From: a virus
Lineage: Duplodnaviria > Caudoviricetes
IMG/VR virus record: IMGVR_UViG_3300031151_000426
DNA length: 64,000 nucleotides
Direction: 5' to 3' (one strand)
Shown piece after piece: positions 9,510 to 18,680 of the stretch. The notes under the pieces were generated by a model. That model was not told where the DNA came from and did no database searches. It was given only the letters and a program-made list of their open reading frames with translations. Each line of letters opens with the position of its first letter. Position 1 is the stretch's first letter. A program made the position numbers and the translations under genes.

Positions 9510-9555
9510 TTAGCCCCCTCTTATTGCCGTGAGTCCTCTCATAACTGAGGGGAAA

Positions 9556-9582
9556 TAAAAAAGGCCCGCCGAGGCGAGCCTT
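9556..9582 (-). terminator. Rho-independent terminator upstream of holin
   Basis: AAGGC.CGC/GCG.GCCTT stem plus U-tract on the minus strand. Confidence 0.65.
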
Positions 9583-9623
9583 AAATTTTTTAGTTTAGAA
9601 TTCAGTTCATACTACTGACCGTT

Positions 9624-9905
9624 TCATTCACGGGGAGGAGAGAGTTTAGCTTTAACTTTCAGAAACCATTTTGGAGGTTTAGATTTTGGTCGCCATAAAG
9701 CTCGTGCCTCTCTGCGTGCCCGCTCTTCTGTCATGCCAGGAATTTCCATCCATCTTTTATAGCTTCGGTGTTCAAAGAATCTATTTAATAAATATGAAAG
9801 CAGAGGAAGAATAAATTTGATTATGGTCGCGACAAAGACAAGGGTTGTCATTGCTGCAAAATGCTCTACCAACTTACCAGGAAGCGATGTTATGAATTCA
9901 AGCAT
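9624..9905 (-). CDS. AT-rich membrane-anchored hypothetical protein (moron)
   Basis: 93 aa with one TM segment and a basic tail; between two terminators after the Q-like gene. Confidence 0.6.
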   Translation of the reverse strand: MLEFITSLPGKLVEHFAAMTTLVFVATIIKFILPLLSYLLNRFFEHRSYKRWMEIPGMTEERARREARALWRPKSKPPKWFLKVKAKLSPPRE

Positions 9906-9913
9906 TTTTCATC

Positions 9914-9941
9914 CAAAAAAACCCGCGGGTGGGGCGGGTTT
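9914..9941 (-). terminator. tR'-like terminator
   Basis: AAACCCGC/GCGGGTTT stem with U-run, just downstream of the Q-like gene. Confidence 0.65.
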
Positions 9942-9992
9942 ATGTTTTGTTCTGTTGCTCAGTACGCTTTACTGTCCCGAGCCTAACACAAT

Positions 9993-10571
9993 TTAAGCAC
10001 TTTCTTGCTCACTCTGCAACTTATATCTGTCGCTATTTGTGCCGAACGCGTCACAAAGTGGTGCATACAGGATCGATTCGGCCAAACTTACCCATGTGTC
10101 AATTCGGCGGCGGCAGGTGATAAGGGTCCAGTCAGGATGTTTTGCATTAAGCTCGTTGGCCATCTGCAGCTTGCTCTTACGGAGTCGATGGCGGTCGACG
10201 ATGACGCCATAAAGTGATCGGTAGTCGTCATTCATCAGTACGGAAGCAATAACACCATCCACCTTCAGACCTTCTTCATCCGAGCAGAACGCCAGGCCGC
10301 TTTTGTTTTTGCTGTCGAGGATTTCGCGCAGGTATGCTTCCAGCTCAGGTTTAGTGATGCCGGATTTCTTCATGCGGCGCAGCGCATCGTTGATTGCTGT
10401 CTTGGTGATTTTCCCGGATGCCAGTAGCTGGTTAAACATGTTGCCTCCTGATCCGCCACCGATATAAGACCAGCGGCCCCACATACGGAGCTTACCTTGT
10501 ACCCAGATGCTTTCGAGAGTTCGAAGGCGAACCATCTCGCCGGATTTGCCAACTTCGGAAGGATTGATCAT
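9993..10571 (-). CDS. DUF1133-like protein, probable late antiterminator
   Basis: WVQGKLRMWGRWS signature; occupies the Q position before lysis. Confidence 0.75.
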   Translation of the reverse strand: MINPSEVGKSGEMVRLRTLESIWVQGKLRMWGRWSYIGGGSGGNMFNQLLASGKITKTAINDALRRMKKSGITKPELEAYLREILDSKNKSGLAFCSDEEGLKVDGVIASVLMNDDYRSLYGVIVDRHRLRKSKLQMANELNAKHPDWTLITCRRRIDTWVSLAESILYAPLCDAFGTNSDRYKLQSEQESA

Positions 10572-10584
10572 GTTGCGTCTCCAC

Positions 10585-11574
10585 TTACGCCAGTGCGCCG
10601 ATTGCCAGCGCACGATCTAAAAACCGAAACAACAGCGTTAACTGGTCGCCGTGCTTCGCTTCAAATGCCACAGGATCAGCGTGCAACTCATCGTGATGCG
10701 CTCTGCACAGCGGTATCACAAACAGGTCGTGCGCTTTGGTACCCATTCCACCCTGCCCGTGGCCTATCAGGTGGTGTGGGTCGTCTGCCGGGTTATTGCA
10801 GCAACTGCACTGCTGCGACTTAACCCAGCGGGTGTACGTCTCGTTCTCCCAGCGGCGGCGCTTTGGCCTCAGCATGAAAGATTCCGTTGATTCAGGGTCT
10901 ACCTTAACGGAGACAACCTTCTTCACCTTCTCCTGGAGGATTTCAGTCGCCGGTAATGACGGAACAATGTCGCTTTCCCGCATCACTGAACTGTGCTTTT
11001 CTGGCTTAATCCTTAGGGCCTGGCTCGCCACTGATTCAGGAATCAAGTCAGCTAGATCGTTACGTACCATCCACCAGCAGAGCTCCGGCAGCGTCAGGGT
11101 GTGGTCTGCGCTAAAGCCCAGCATAATATTCACCCTTTCGAGTAGCCATTTTACCAGGTTCTGCATGGCAATTCCTGCCAGTCTTTCAGTGGTTTGTTCA
11201 CGTAACTGGTTATCACAGCCCCAGCAAAGGCGAATGCTTCCGGGGGCATGACGCATCACCGTAAAGTCCTTTGAGTGCCATTCATTGTGGGGCCACTGAC
11301 ATTCGAATTTACGTTCCAGCCAGGCATCAAGACTGCTAAGCCCACCAGCACGCTGAATAATCCGCTCGTTCAGGAAAAGCTCCTGCATACTGACATCATC
11401 TGTCAGTGGCTGGTGCGCTTCAGGAATCAGGCCAGATGGCAGGTGCTGGATTGCTTCGGAAGGCGTTTCAATCACTACACGGCCACGACGAAACAGCCAC
11501 AGCAATTCGTTACCTGGGCGGAACAGTACCACCCCGGACATTGGCGCAACTTCAGGTGTCAGTATGGCTCTCAC
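10585..11574 (-). CDS. DUF968 family protein (C-terminal HNH-like)
   Basis: C..C...ADDPHH..GHG.GG...K.HD...PLCR.HH. Confidence 0.85.
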   Translation of the reverse strand: MRAILTPEVAPMSGVVLFRPGNELLWLFRRGRVVIETPSEAIQHLPSGLIPEAHQPLTDDVSMQELFLNERIIQRAGGLSSLDAWLERKFECQWPHNEWHSKDFTVMRHAPGSIRLCWGCDNQLREQTTERLAGIAMQNLVKWLLERVNIMLGFSADHTLTLPELCWWMVRNDLADLIPESVASQALRIKPEKHSSVMRESDIVPSLPATEILQEKVKKVVSVKVDPESTESFMLRPKRRRWENETYTRWVKSQQCSCCNNPADDPHHLIGHGQGGMGTKAHDLFVIPLCRAHHDELHADPVAFEAKHGDQLTLLFRFLDRALAIGALA

Positions 11575-12308
11575 GCAATTTGCCCCTTAGCGATATGTTC
11601 AGCCCAAAGGCCGCCGATCCAGCGAACACCCTTTGCTGTAAAGCGCGACTGATTGAATGCGTAGTTGGTCTGGTTGGTTGTGCCGGTCTTAACTTCAAAG
11701 CGCCCTGCTTCGATATGTTTGCTCTTCGGCGTAAGCACGCGGTTCAGGCGGTACATGATGCTGTTCTCAATGAGGAACATAGCGAACTCTGGTTCTTTGG
11801 CATTAAGAAGCTTGGCAACCTGCCGGAACGTCATTGAACCAGTGGCCTTGACATAGCGATCAACAAATTCTGCCTTTGGCGCTGCTATAGCCAGTTCTTC
11901 ACTCAGGCGTTGCTTCTGTTCGGCAAGGTCAGCGGCCAGGCGGAGTGCTTCAGGAAGCGTTTGAGGTACCACCATCCCGGCCCCGCTCTCCAGTTCCTGC
12001 CAGCGGTCAACCAGACGGGCAGTAAACTCAGGGCAAAGCTGCGCGACGATTACGTAACTGTCTCGCTTGTTAACTTCGTAGTAATGGTAAACCTGCTGGT
12101 TCTGAGGGTGGGTGTACTGCATTGCAGCATACCCCCCAATTACGCCAGAGTTCATCAGTCGTTCGATGGTCACACACACATTGCTGTGGCGTGAGTCGAC
12201 AAGTTTTGCAATCTCACGGCTGGACATCGTTATCTGCTGCCCCATCGCGGCGGCGGAGTTAGTCGGGCACATTACGGTGATATTCATCTGATTCATGCTC
12301 TTCTCCAC
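11571..12308 (-). CDS. Rha/KilA-C (Ant) family antirepressor-like protein
   Basis: MSSREIA..H, PQTLPEALRLAADL, APKAEFVD and FTAKG motifs. Confidence 0.85.
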   Translation of the reverse strand: MEKSMNQMNITVMCPTNSAAAMGQQITMSSREIAKLVDSRHSNVCVTIERLMNSGVIGGYAAMQYTHPQNQQVYHYYEVNKRDSYVIVAQLCPEFTARLVDRWQELESGAGMVVPQTLPEALRLAADLAEQKQRLSEELAIAAPKAEFVDRYVKATGSMTFRQVAKLLNAKEPEFAMFLIENSIMYRLNRVLTPKSKHIEAGRFEVKTGTTNQTNYAFNQSRFTAKGVRWIGGLWAEHIAKGQIA

Positions 12309-12311
12309 TTA

Positions 12312-12701
12312 TCAGGCGGCTGCACCCGCCAGAGGTTCATGTTTCTTGATCGATATCTCTACTCGTCCACCAGGTACTTTCGGACCCCACTCCACCAGCA
12401 TTCTCTGCACCTGGCTGTCATCCTCCCAGATGCCAGCGTGCGTAAGCGCGTCAAACAGAGCCTTGTTGTAGTTGTCGATGTCGCGGCGGCGTTCGTCAGG
12501 TGGGTACAACATTATCTCGACGGCAGCCGGTACTGTTGAAGGCTTTGGAAGGAAGCGAAGCTGCTCGACGATCGCCACACAGGCAGCGCTTTGATATGCC
12601 CTGCCTTTGGCGCTGATAAGATGGCGGCCTTTTAACGGCCCCTTGTTCGGGGCTCGCCAGTAGGTGTTTACGCTCGGCGGGAACGGGAGCACCAGTTTCA
12701 T
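12312..12701 (-). CDS. rusA: Holliday junction resolvase RusA
   Basis: PFPPSVNTYWR, RRDIDN..KAL.DAL and EDDSQV. Confidence 0.93.
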   Translation of the reverse strand: MKLVLPFPPSVNTYWRAPNKGPLKGRHLISAKGRAYQSAACVAIVEQLRFLPKPSTVPAAVEIMLYPPDERRRDIDNYNKALFDALTHAGIWEDDSQVQRMLVEWGPKVPGGRVEISIKKHEPLAGAAA

Positions 12702-13018
12702 AAAGTCACTCCCTGTTTTTTCAGCCATTCCACCGCGTTATCTCTGGCCATGTCTCCACCGGATAACAGGCCTTTAATGATCGCTACCGGATCAGCATCC
12801 CATTCTGTTTTGACGATAGTAATGCCCCTGGCAGCGCCAGGAGCAACGGAGATATACCCTTTTTTCTTGAGCGCCTTTACGTGCTCAGCAGCAGCGTTCG
12901 GTGATGCGCAGCCAATTAACCCGGCAAGCTCCAGCATCGTCGGCGGGAATCCAGTTCTTTCCTTGTAGAGCACTATGGCATCCAGCACTTCACTCTGACG
13001 CGACGTTAATTCAGTCAT
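12698..13018 (-). CDS. LexA-type DNA-binding-domain protein without peptidase domain
   Basis: LTSRQ...G.PPT..ELA...G..SPNAA.EH.KAL.KKGYI...PG.ARGI mirrors the LexA N-terminal domain. Confidence 0.85.
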   Translation of the reverse strand: MTELTSRQSEVLDAIVLYKERTGFPPTMLELAGLIGCASPNAAAEHVKALKKKGYISVAPGAARGITIVKTEWDADPVAIIKGLLSGGDMARDNAVEWLKKQGVTL

Positions 13019-13677
13019 GCAACCTCCCCTTTAGCCCAGTCGATAGCGCAGACAACACCCGGTAACAAATGAACGGCTGGGCGCTCAGCCTGATTTCCCC
13101 AATGGTCCCAGCCAGGCGCAGCGCAGCGGCTGAAGAGTTCGATGCGAGGAACGTCACCGTAAAGTTTTTCCAGGCGGAAACGCGCCTCGGCTGGCTTCTG
13201 GCTGTGTTCGCCGAGTGGGCTGTAGATAACCTGCTTGATGCTGGCACACTGGCGTTCGAGCCCATTTCCCCTGGTGGCAATCAGCAGGTCTTCAGTATTG
13301 GCTCGGGTGTAGTTGCCGCCGTTCATGCGGGTCTGTGCGTTCAGCAGGTCGAGGAAATCGTAAAAGCCCTCTACTCCACCAGCCTGAAGCGCTTTGTTGA
13401 TGTGCTGCTCCGCCAGCGGGTTGAACTTCACCCAGGTAAAGCCCTTCATCGTGCGGACCTTAAAGCCCCATGCTTCAGCCAGCTCAATGGCTTCGCGGGT
13501 ATGCGTGCCGGTGAACCACATGGCCAGAACAGCATCCTCTGCAGCTAGGTCCCAAACAGGGAGGCGCTTCATGTCGATCAGCTTCATCGTGCCGTAGTGA
13601 TTAGTAGCCGCGCCGTTGCTGACGGTGTTCCCGTATTCCCAGGCAGGGTCAGCGTAAATAAGTGAATATTTCATCAT
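13015..13677 (-). CDS. MT-A70 family adenine methyltransferase
   Basis: YADPAW, FTWVK, TRANTE, EHSQKP, RIELF and GWD.WGNQ. Confidence 0.9.
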   Translation of the reverse strand: MMKYSLIYADPAWEYGNTVSNGAATNHYGTMKLIDMKRLPVWDLAAEDAVLAMWFTGTHTREAIELAEAWGFKVRTMKGFTWVKFNPLAEQHINKALQAGGVEGFYDFLDLLNAQTRMNGGNYTRANTEDLLIATRGNGLERQCASIKQVIYSPLGEHSQKPAEARFRLEKLYGDVPRIELFSRCAAPGWDHWGNQAERPAVHLLPGVVCAIDWAKGEVA

Positions 13678-13687
13678 ATTCTTCCCC

Positions 13688-14440
13688 TCAGATTTCTAAG
13701 GCCAACTGTGGAGTAAAGCGGTCTCGTACTGCGTCATACTTGAGAGCGCTTGCGCTGTTAAATGCCTCAATACGCTCAACGAGGACGGCGGCGCGGGTTT
13801 CTTTGCTGGCTGGCGCATAGGCTGATTTATCCCATGCCTTATCAATACCGATATTGCGTGCCACGTTTGTGCTGTCAGCTGATGAGAGCGGTATGTGAGT
13901 AAAAATGTCTTTATTCAGCATGCGAAGGCCATGGAGCTTGGTAATCGGATAGCCATTTGAATCGACAACGTGACGGATAAGGTCTCGCAATTTTGCCCGG
14001 CATGCGCGGGGACGCTTTGCATCGTATTCACCCATAGAACCAATGCAGACACGCGGAAACTCATGGCAGAGACGTATGAATCTCTCGTCAGGTTCGCTCA
14101 TATGCCAGACAGGCGCACCGACGAATTTACCGTGCGGCCATTCAGCGATAAGCGCATCGTTCTCTTCGCTGGTGCCTCCGATAACATCAGGGATAACTGC
14201 AAATGAGAAACGAGGGTGATTCATCCACTCCTTGACGAATTCGTAATAGTCGAACCAGTTAACAGGCTGGCCCTTATCCCAGAAGCTGAACGCTCCGTTA
14301 TCAAGTGCGAAAGATTGAGTTACCTCACTGGCAAGCTTAAGTTGCCCAGGGTTAGCGAAGCTGATGAACGCATGGCGACCTTTCCAGGCTTTCAGTGCGC
14401 ACGTATCAGGCGTGATTGGTCCTCCGTGGAAGTGGATCAT
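13688..14440 (-). CDS. TGT/DpdA-like TIM-barrel protein
   Basis: LDNGAFS, PDVIG, PVWH, LHGL and SADST resemble transglycosylase-fold motifs. Confidence 0.55.
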   Translation of the reverse strand: MIHFHGGPITPDTCALKAWKGRHAFISFANPGQLKLASEVTQSFALDNGAFSFWDKGQPVNWFDYYEFVKEWMNHPRFSFAVIPDVIGGTSEENDALIAEWPHGKFVGAPVWHMSEPDERFIRLCHEFPRVCIGSMGEYDAKRPRACRAKLRDLIRHVVDSNGYPITKLHGLRMLNKDIFTHIPLSSADSTNVARNIGIDKAWDKSAYAPASKETRAAVLVERIEAFNSASALKYDAVRDRFTPQLALEI

Positions 14441-14934
14441 CAAACGTTCCTCGCTCGGCCAGCCAGACACCAATCATCGCCGGTGGTTTTAACCCTCGGC
14501 GCCATACTTAGGCAGCGCTTACGCTCCTTGAGAATTTTGGCTCGCTTAGTTTCGTTCTTTGATCGATTGAATGCTTCCATCAGAACGGTTGCGGCACGCA
14601 GGAACAGGCCTTTGTCGGAAAGTTCTTTAGCCTTATCCATCAATGCAACGACAGCAGGGTTTGGTATGGTTTCCTGCTTTGGCTCAGGAGCTATTTCAGC
14701 TTTTTCTACCGGGTAGCGCGGGACAATCGGCCCGATTGGACCAACCGGCGCTTTTGCGTAGTAACGGAAGTTGTGGCGTTCGCCTTTGCGCTCAGCGCGG
14801 TTAAGCATGACCAGGCGGCATACCGCACGCTGCACGCTGTGTAATTCGTACTCCGGCAGTGCTGCGGCGATCTCTTTGTTCGTCAGTCCAGGGTTATTGG
14901 CCACGAACAGCTGGATTGTTTTCAGAAAGCTCAT
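14440..14934 (-). CDS. Winged-HTH/PerC-like regulator
   Basis: N-terminal HTH and C-terminal A.EL..KGL..RAA PerC-like segment. Confidence 0.6.
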   Translation of the reverse strand: MSFLKTIQLFVANNPGLTNKEIAAALPEYELHSVQRAVCRLVMLNRAERKGERHNFRYYAKAPVGPIGPIVPRYPVEKAEIAPEPKQETIPNPAVVALMDKAKELSDKGLFLRAATVLMEAFNRSKNETKRAKILKERKRCLSMAPRVKTTGDDWCLAGRARNV

Positions 14935-15872
14935 TGAGTACCTCCGGAAACACGAAAACCTGAGTTGGCTGGAACGCTGTAATCAACGTTCTGAAAGTTG
15001 GCTTTAAAGTTAGGGTCAGAGCCACCGCTGAGTTGCCAGCGTCCTTTGACACACGCAGGCCTGCCGCGCTTTTGCCATTTCTGAGCCTTGTCAAAATACT
15101 CAACGCAATTTTCTGGTCCAAAGAGAGTGCTCGGGCGAAGGTAATCATCCATTTTTGGATCATCAGCCCATTTTGCTGTGAGGTAGTCCACCACAAGCAT
15201 CAGGTCTTCAGCGCTGTAGTCCTCGGAAAGTCTTCCCCTGATATATCCTAAAACGGTTTTGTTGCGCCCCCCCTTCCCGTATGACGAACCAGTAACCTCG
15301 TTGAAGTGGGATAAGACACGAATTGCCGGATCGCTGTCGTCTGGTTGCGACGCAACCGGACAAGAAGGGGTTTTAATATCTGTAGTAATCTCTGTTGTAT
15401 TCTCTGTAAGAACATCAGTGCAATTTGACCTGATGAGAGCGGTTCGTTTTGAACCGATGGAGCGTTCCACTTTGACCTCTTCCATCAGTTCATTTTGACC
15501 TGATGGAAGAGTGCATTTTGAACTCTTCGATTTGGTCACTTTGACCTCATCTAAAAGCTCGCTTTCATAGTTGATCGTGTAGTAGTTCGTCATGTCGCGC
15601 TGAGACTTGTTCAGTTGCTCAACTTTGAGCACGCCAAGGTTCTTCAGGCGGGTGAATGTGCGCTTCAGCGTAGACTCAGACCAGAATGGGAACTGCTCCA
15701 GCCACTGCTCGTTGGTGTTGTAAATCCAGCGCACGCCGTCACGCTCCAGTCCGGAGGTGGTTTCTTTAAGCCAGTAGTTAACCTGCTGCAACGCAATGGC
15801 CTCGTTCAGGCCAATGCTGTACGCAAGGTCAGGGTTTATCACTATCGGCCGGGATGGCATCAACAGGCTCAT
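14931..15872 (-). CDS. Phage replication initiator (O-like)
   Basis: WIYNT...W..QFPFWS..T.KR and C-terminal YLRPSTLFG. Confidence 0.85.
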   Translation of the reverse strand: MSLLMPSRPIVINPDLAYSIGLNEAIALQQVNYWLKETTSGLERDGVRWIYNTNEQWLEQFPFWSESTLKRTFTRLKNLGVLKVEQLNKSQRDMTNYYTINYESELLDEVKVTKSKSSKCTLPSGQNELMEEVKVERSIGSKRTALIRSNCTDVLTENTTEITTDIKTPSCPVASQPDDSDPAIRVLSHFNEVTGSSYGKGGRNKTVLGYIRGRLSEDYSAEDLMLVVDYLTAKWADDPKMDDYLRPSTLFGPENCVEYFDKAQKWQKRGRPACVKGRWQLSGGSDPNFKANFQNVDYSVPANSGFRVSGGTQ

Positions 15873-16041
15873 GGTCGTCCTTTAACTCTGTAAATTTACG
15901 CTGGAATTGCTCAAGAGGGCTGAAGCACTCATGATCGTACCCTTCGCGAAGGTATATAACGCGTCGAGTCTCGGGCTCCCACCTGATGACGTGGACGGTG
16001 ATGCCTCTGTGGTCTCTGAATCGCCGGTCAACTTCAGCCAT
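15829..16041 (-). CDS. DUF4222-like small protein
   Basis: RD.RG..V.V..W.....VIY.R.GY..EC..P...F; a paralogue lies at 57078-57275. Confidence 0.7.
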   Translation of the reverse strand: MAEVDRRFRDHRGITVHVIRWEPETRRVIYLREGYDHECFSPLEQFQRKFTELKDDHEPVDAIPADSDKP

Positions 16042-16220
16042 TCCTCACGCCCCTTCTCGTTCATCAGTGCAAATGCCTCTACCATCGCGTTCTCAGGCTG
16101 GTAGTTGTTCTGATCCGCCTGGTTGTTTAATCTCTCCACATAGCCGAACGGGGAATCTTTTCCCACCAGTGGAAGGCATCTGAATTGCTTCGCTGGTCTC
16201 AATCGGTTTAAACTGTTCAT
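15882..16220 (-). CDS. Hypothetical protein
   Basis: GGAG SD; its 3' half overlaps the DUF4222-like gene. Confidence 0.5.
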   Translation of the reverse strand: MNSLNRLRPAKQFRCLPLVGKDSPFGYVERLNNQADQNNYQPENAMVEAFALMNEKGREEWLKLTGDSETTEASPSTSSGGSPRLDALYTFAKGTIMSASALLSNSSVNLQS

Positions 16221-16281
16221 GCGTTAGTTTCTCCACTGAATACGACACGCCACGACGCCCGGAGCTGCACACTCGCGGGCG

Positions 16282-16752
16282 TCACTTTTTTTGGCTTTTC
16301 TTACGGCTAAATAGCGCGACAATCGCGCGGATCTCTTCTTCACGCGCTGCCAGATGACGGCGGTGATATTCATTGATTTCTTCAGCTTCATGACTTTCGA
16401 TTACTCCATCTTCGAGAGCTCTCTGGATCACGGTATCAACACGTCCACGCGCTGCTGACGTTCTCATGGCACGATCAAACAGGTCGACACGATCAAGGTC
16501 TTCAAGTTGAGGAACGTCCACCAGCAGCGCACCACGACGACGGGCAAAGTAATCTGCCAGGAGGGACGTATTCGAGATGTCTTCCATGGCCTCCAGCTCG
16601 TTCACTTCAAAGAAGCGGCAGCCGTTCTTCTCGTACAGGTTGTTGTTGAACTGCGTTACTGACATGCCAAGAGCACCGGCCATAGCCTCGCGGCCTCCTG
16701 GGTACGTTTTGCACATCGCTTTAACTACTTCTTTCAGGCTTGGCTCTACCAT
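16282..16752 (-). CDS. YmfL/CII-like regulatory protein
   Basis: YPGG...MA..LG.....F.N.L; lies after cro. Confidence 0.75.
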   Translation of the reverse strand: MVEPSLKEVVKAMCKTYPGGREAMAGALGMSVTQFNNNLYEKNGCRFFEVNELEAMEDISNTSLLADYFARRRGALLVDVPQLEDLDRVDLFDRAMRTSAARGRVDTVIQRALEDGVIESHEAEEINEYHRRHLAAREEEIRAIVALFSRKKSQKK

Positions 16753-16783
16753 GTTGTTTTTCCTTTGGTAGTTAATTTACAAC

Positions 16784-17041
16784 TTAGAGTTGTGTATTGT
16801 TCTCAACTGTTGGCAACCCGTCATTTTGATTAGGGTAGATATCAGGTCGAAGCTGATGGGGTGTTACCGTCCAACCTCCCCACTGACACAACTGGATAAC
16901 CCTTTCTGATGGCACTCTATTTTTGGCTATCCAATTAGCAACTGATTGAACTGATTGGAATTCGAATCTTCTTGATACTTCTGAAATTGATCCCACCGCC
17001 TTCACAGCTTTGGCGGTCACATTCTTAAAATGAGGTGTCAT
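16784..17041 (-). CDS. cro: Cro/YdaS-like repressor
   Basis: HTH plus LRPDIY motif; divergent from cI. Confidence 0.85.
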   Translation of the reverse strand: MTPHFKNVTAKAVKAVGSISEVSRRFEFQSVQSVANWIAKNRVPSERVIQLCQWGGWTVTPHQLRPDIYPNQNDGLPTVENNTQL

Positions 17042-17072
17042 GTTGTCTCCTATAGTTAAGCACCAACCAATA

Positions 17073-17153
17073 CTACTTATAGTAGCATTTATTCGCAACT
17101 TAAAATAGAAATGACAACTATGTCTTGTGCGCTTAATCTTCTACTTATGGTGG
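17073..17153. promoter_or_regulatory. OR operators of prophage 1 (CTACT-N3-AGTAG type)
   Basis: CTACTTATAGTAG 17073-17085, CAACTTAAAATAG 17096-17108, CTACTTATGGTGG 17141-17153 (overlapping the cI ATG). Confidence 0.7.
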
Positions 17154-17830
17154 AAGATGCTAAATACAAAGACTTTGCCGACAGGCTAAATAAGTCTCTC
17201 CAAGAGAAATCTATTGGAGTAAAAGAATTGTCAGAGTTCAGTGGTGTCTCATACGAGATGGCGCGGCGCTATACTCTTGGCACAGCAAAGCCTAGAGACG
17301 AAAAGATGATTCGGATTGCTGAAAGGCTTGCGGTCTCCCCGGCTTACCTTGATTACGGAGTTCCAGTTAACGGTGGGGACCTGCCTCCACCGGGGACCGT
17401 AAGAATTGAGCAATTGGATGTTCATGCGTCAGCTGGTTCAGGTTTTATTAACCAACCTTTCCCAACGATAGTTAGTTCAATCGAGATCCCCGAAGAACGG
17501 ATTTACGAATTATTCGGGCGAAGAACTCTCGATGGCATTGTCATGATCAACGTTGACGGCGATAGCATGATGCCCACGCTATGCCCAAAAGATTTATTGT
17601 TCATTGATAGCCGCATTGAACGGTTTAGCGGAGATGGCGTTTATGTTTTCAACTTTGAAGACAGCACTTTTGTTAAACGGCTTCAGAAGGTTAAGGGGAG
17701 ACGTTTGGCAGTACTCTCTGATAACGAGCACTACCCTCCCTTCTTCATAGAAGAACATGAAATGAACGAAGTCTATATTTTTGGAAAGCTAATCAGATGT
17801 TTACCATTAAAAATGGTTGAATTTGGTTAA
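17147..17830 (+). CDS. cI: CI repressor (HTH + S24 peptidase)
   Basis: HTH, SAG cleavage site, GDSM serine and VKRL lysine; probable start at MVEDAK. Confidence 0.92.
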   Translation: MVEDAKYKDFADRLNKSLQEKSIGVKELSEFSGVSYEMARRYTLGTAKPRDEKMIRIAERLAVSPAYLDYGVPVNGGDLPPPGTVRIEQLDVHASAGSGFINQPFPTIVSSIEIPEERIYELFGRRTLDGIVMINVDGDSMMPTLCPKDLLFIDSRIERFSGDGVYVFNFEDSTFVKRLQKVKGRRLAVLSDNEHYPPFFIEEHEMNEVYIFGKLIRCLPLKMVEFG

Positions 17831-17845
17831 AGCGAACATGTTCAC

Positions 17846-17869
17846 AACCGGCGAAAGCCGGTTTTTTTT
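17846..17869 (+). terminator. cI terminator
   Basis: ACCGGC-GAAA-GCCGGT plus T-run. Confidence 0.85.
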
Positions 17870-17920
17870 CGCCTAAAATTCATGAGGATACCCCTACAAG
17901 CTACATAATATTCACTTTTT

Positions 17921-17963
17921 CTACTTTTTGTAGTTGATTTCATCTACTTAAAGTAGCTATATT
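17921..17963 (+). promoter_or_regulatory. pL/OL of prophage 1
   Basis: Operators CTACTTTTTGTAG (17921) and CTACTTAAAGTAG (17944) flank TTGATT, with TATATT downstream. Confidence 0.7.
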
Positions 17964-17998
17964 TATTCCAACGACAGCGAACATTGTGAGTAAGCAAC

Positions 17999-18289
17999 AT
18001 GAGCGAGCAATCAAAGGGTGTAGTTAGCTTAAAGGCTGGATTCATTTATCAGAAGTTAGGGGCAACCGAAAAAGAGCCAGTTATCGACGCAAGTGGAATG
18101 TCTGATGAGCAGATCTTTGGATGGATGGAGAAAAAGGTTGAGGCAGTAAGGCGGCTTCAGAGTCTGGTTCTCACTAAAGCCGAAATTGAAAAACAATTAT
18201 CTACCCTGAATGCACAAATTGAAGAGGCTACTGCGCAGAGTCGAATAGAAGTTTTTCGGCCAGATCAGGATCCCACTCATCATCGATAA
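17999..18289 (+). CDS. Hypothetical coiled-coil protein, first pL gene
   Basis: 96 aa directly after pL. Confidence 0.6.
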   Translation: MSEQSKGVVSLKAGFIYQKLGATEKEPVIDASGMSDEQIFGWMEKKVEAVRRLQSLVLTKAEIEKQLSTLNAQIEEATAQSRIEVFRPDQDPTHHR

Positions 18290-18680
18290 AATCAGTAAAG
18301 GTAATTGGGTATCTCCCTGCAATCATTGTAGAAAAGTAGCTTTTAGCTTGACCCTCAAGAGATTCGAGTGATAGTTCATCATGAAGTGCGATAAAAACAT
18401 CTGAAAGGCTCATCGCCCGAATCTCTGACAGTGGCCAGTTATATTTCTGAAGAAGTTTGTGGTGGAGAGCTTTAGCGCCGGGGAGTTTGTTAATCGTGGT
18501 CTCATGCTTATTGCGATGTGCAGCAAGCAATAAGTCGAGGACGCATAGTTGAACGGCGCGATTGGTTACTTTGGATAATTCGTTAGAGTCAACAAAACCG
18601 ATGGTTTTGATTTCTCTGATTTTTGCAATGTGCTGCTCCGTTGCGGAGTATAGGTGACCAAATCCGTTAATCATGAGCAT
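18228..18680 (-). CDS. Hypothetical protein antisense to the pL operon
   Basis: About 150 aa, AAGAAGG SD, protein-like composition. Confidence 0.6.
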   Translation of the reverse strand: MLMINGFGHLYSATEQHIAKIREIKTIGFVDSNELSKVTNRAVQLCVLDLLLAAHRNKHETTINKLPGAKALHHKLLQKYNWPLSEIRAMSLSDVFIALHDELSLESLEGQAKSYFSTMIAGRYPITFTDFIDDEWDPDLAEKLLFDSAQ

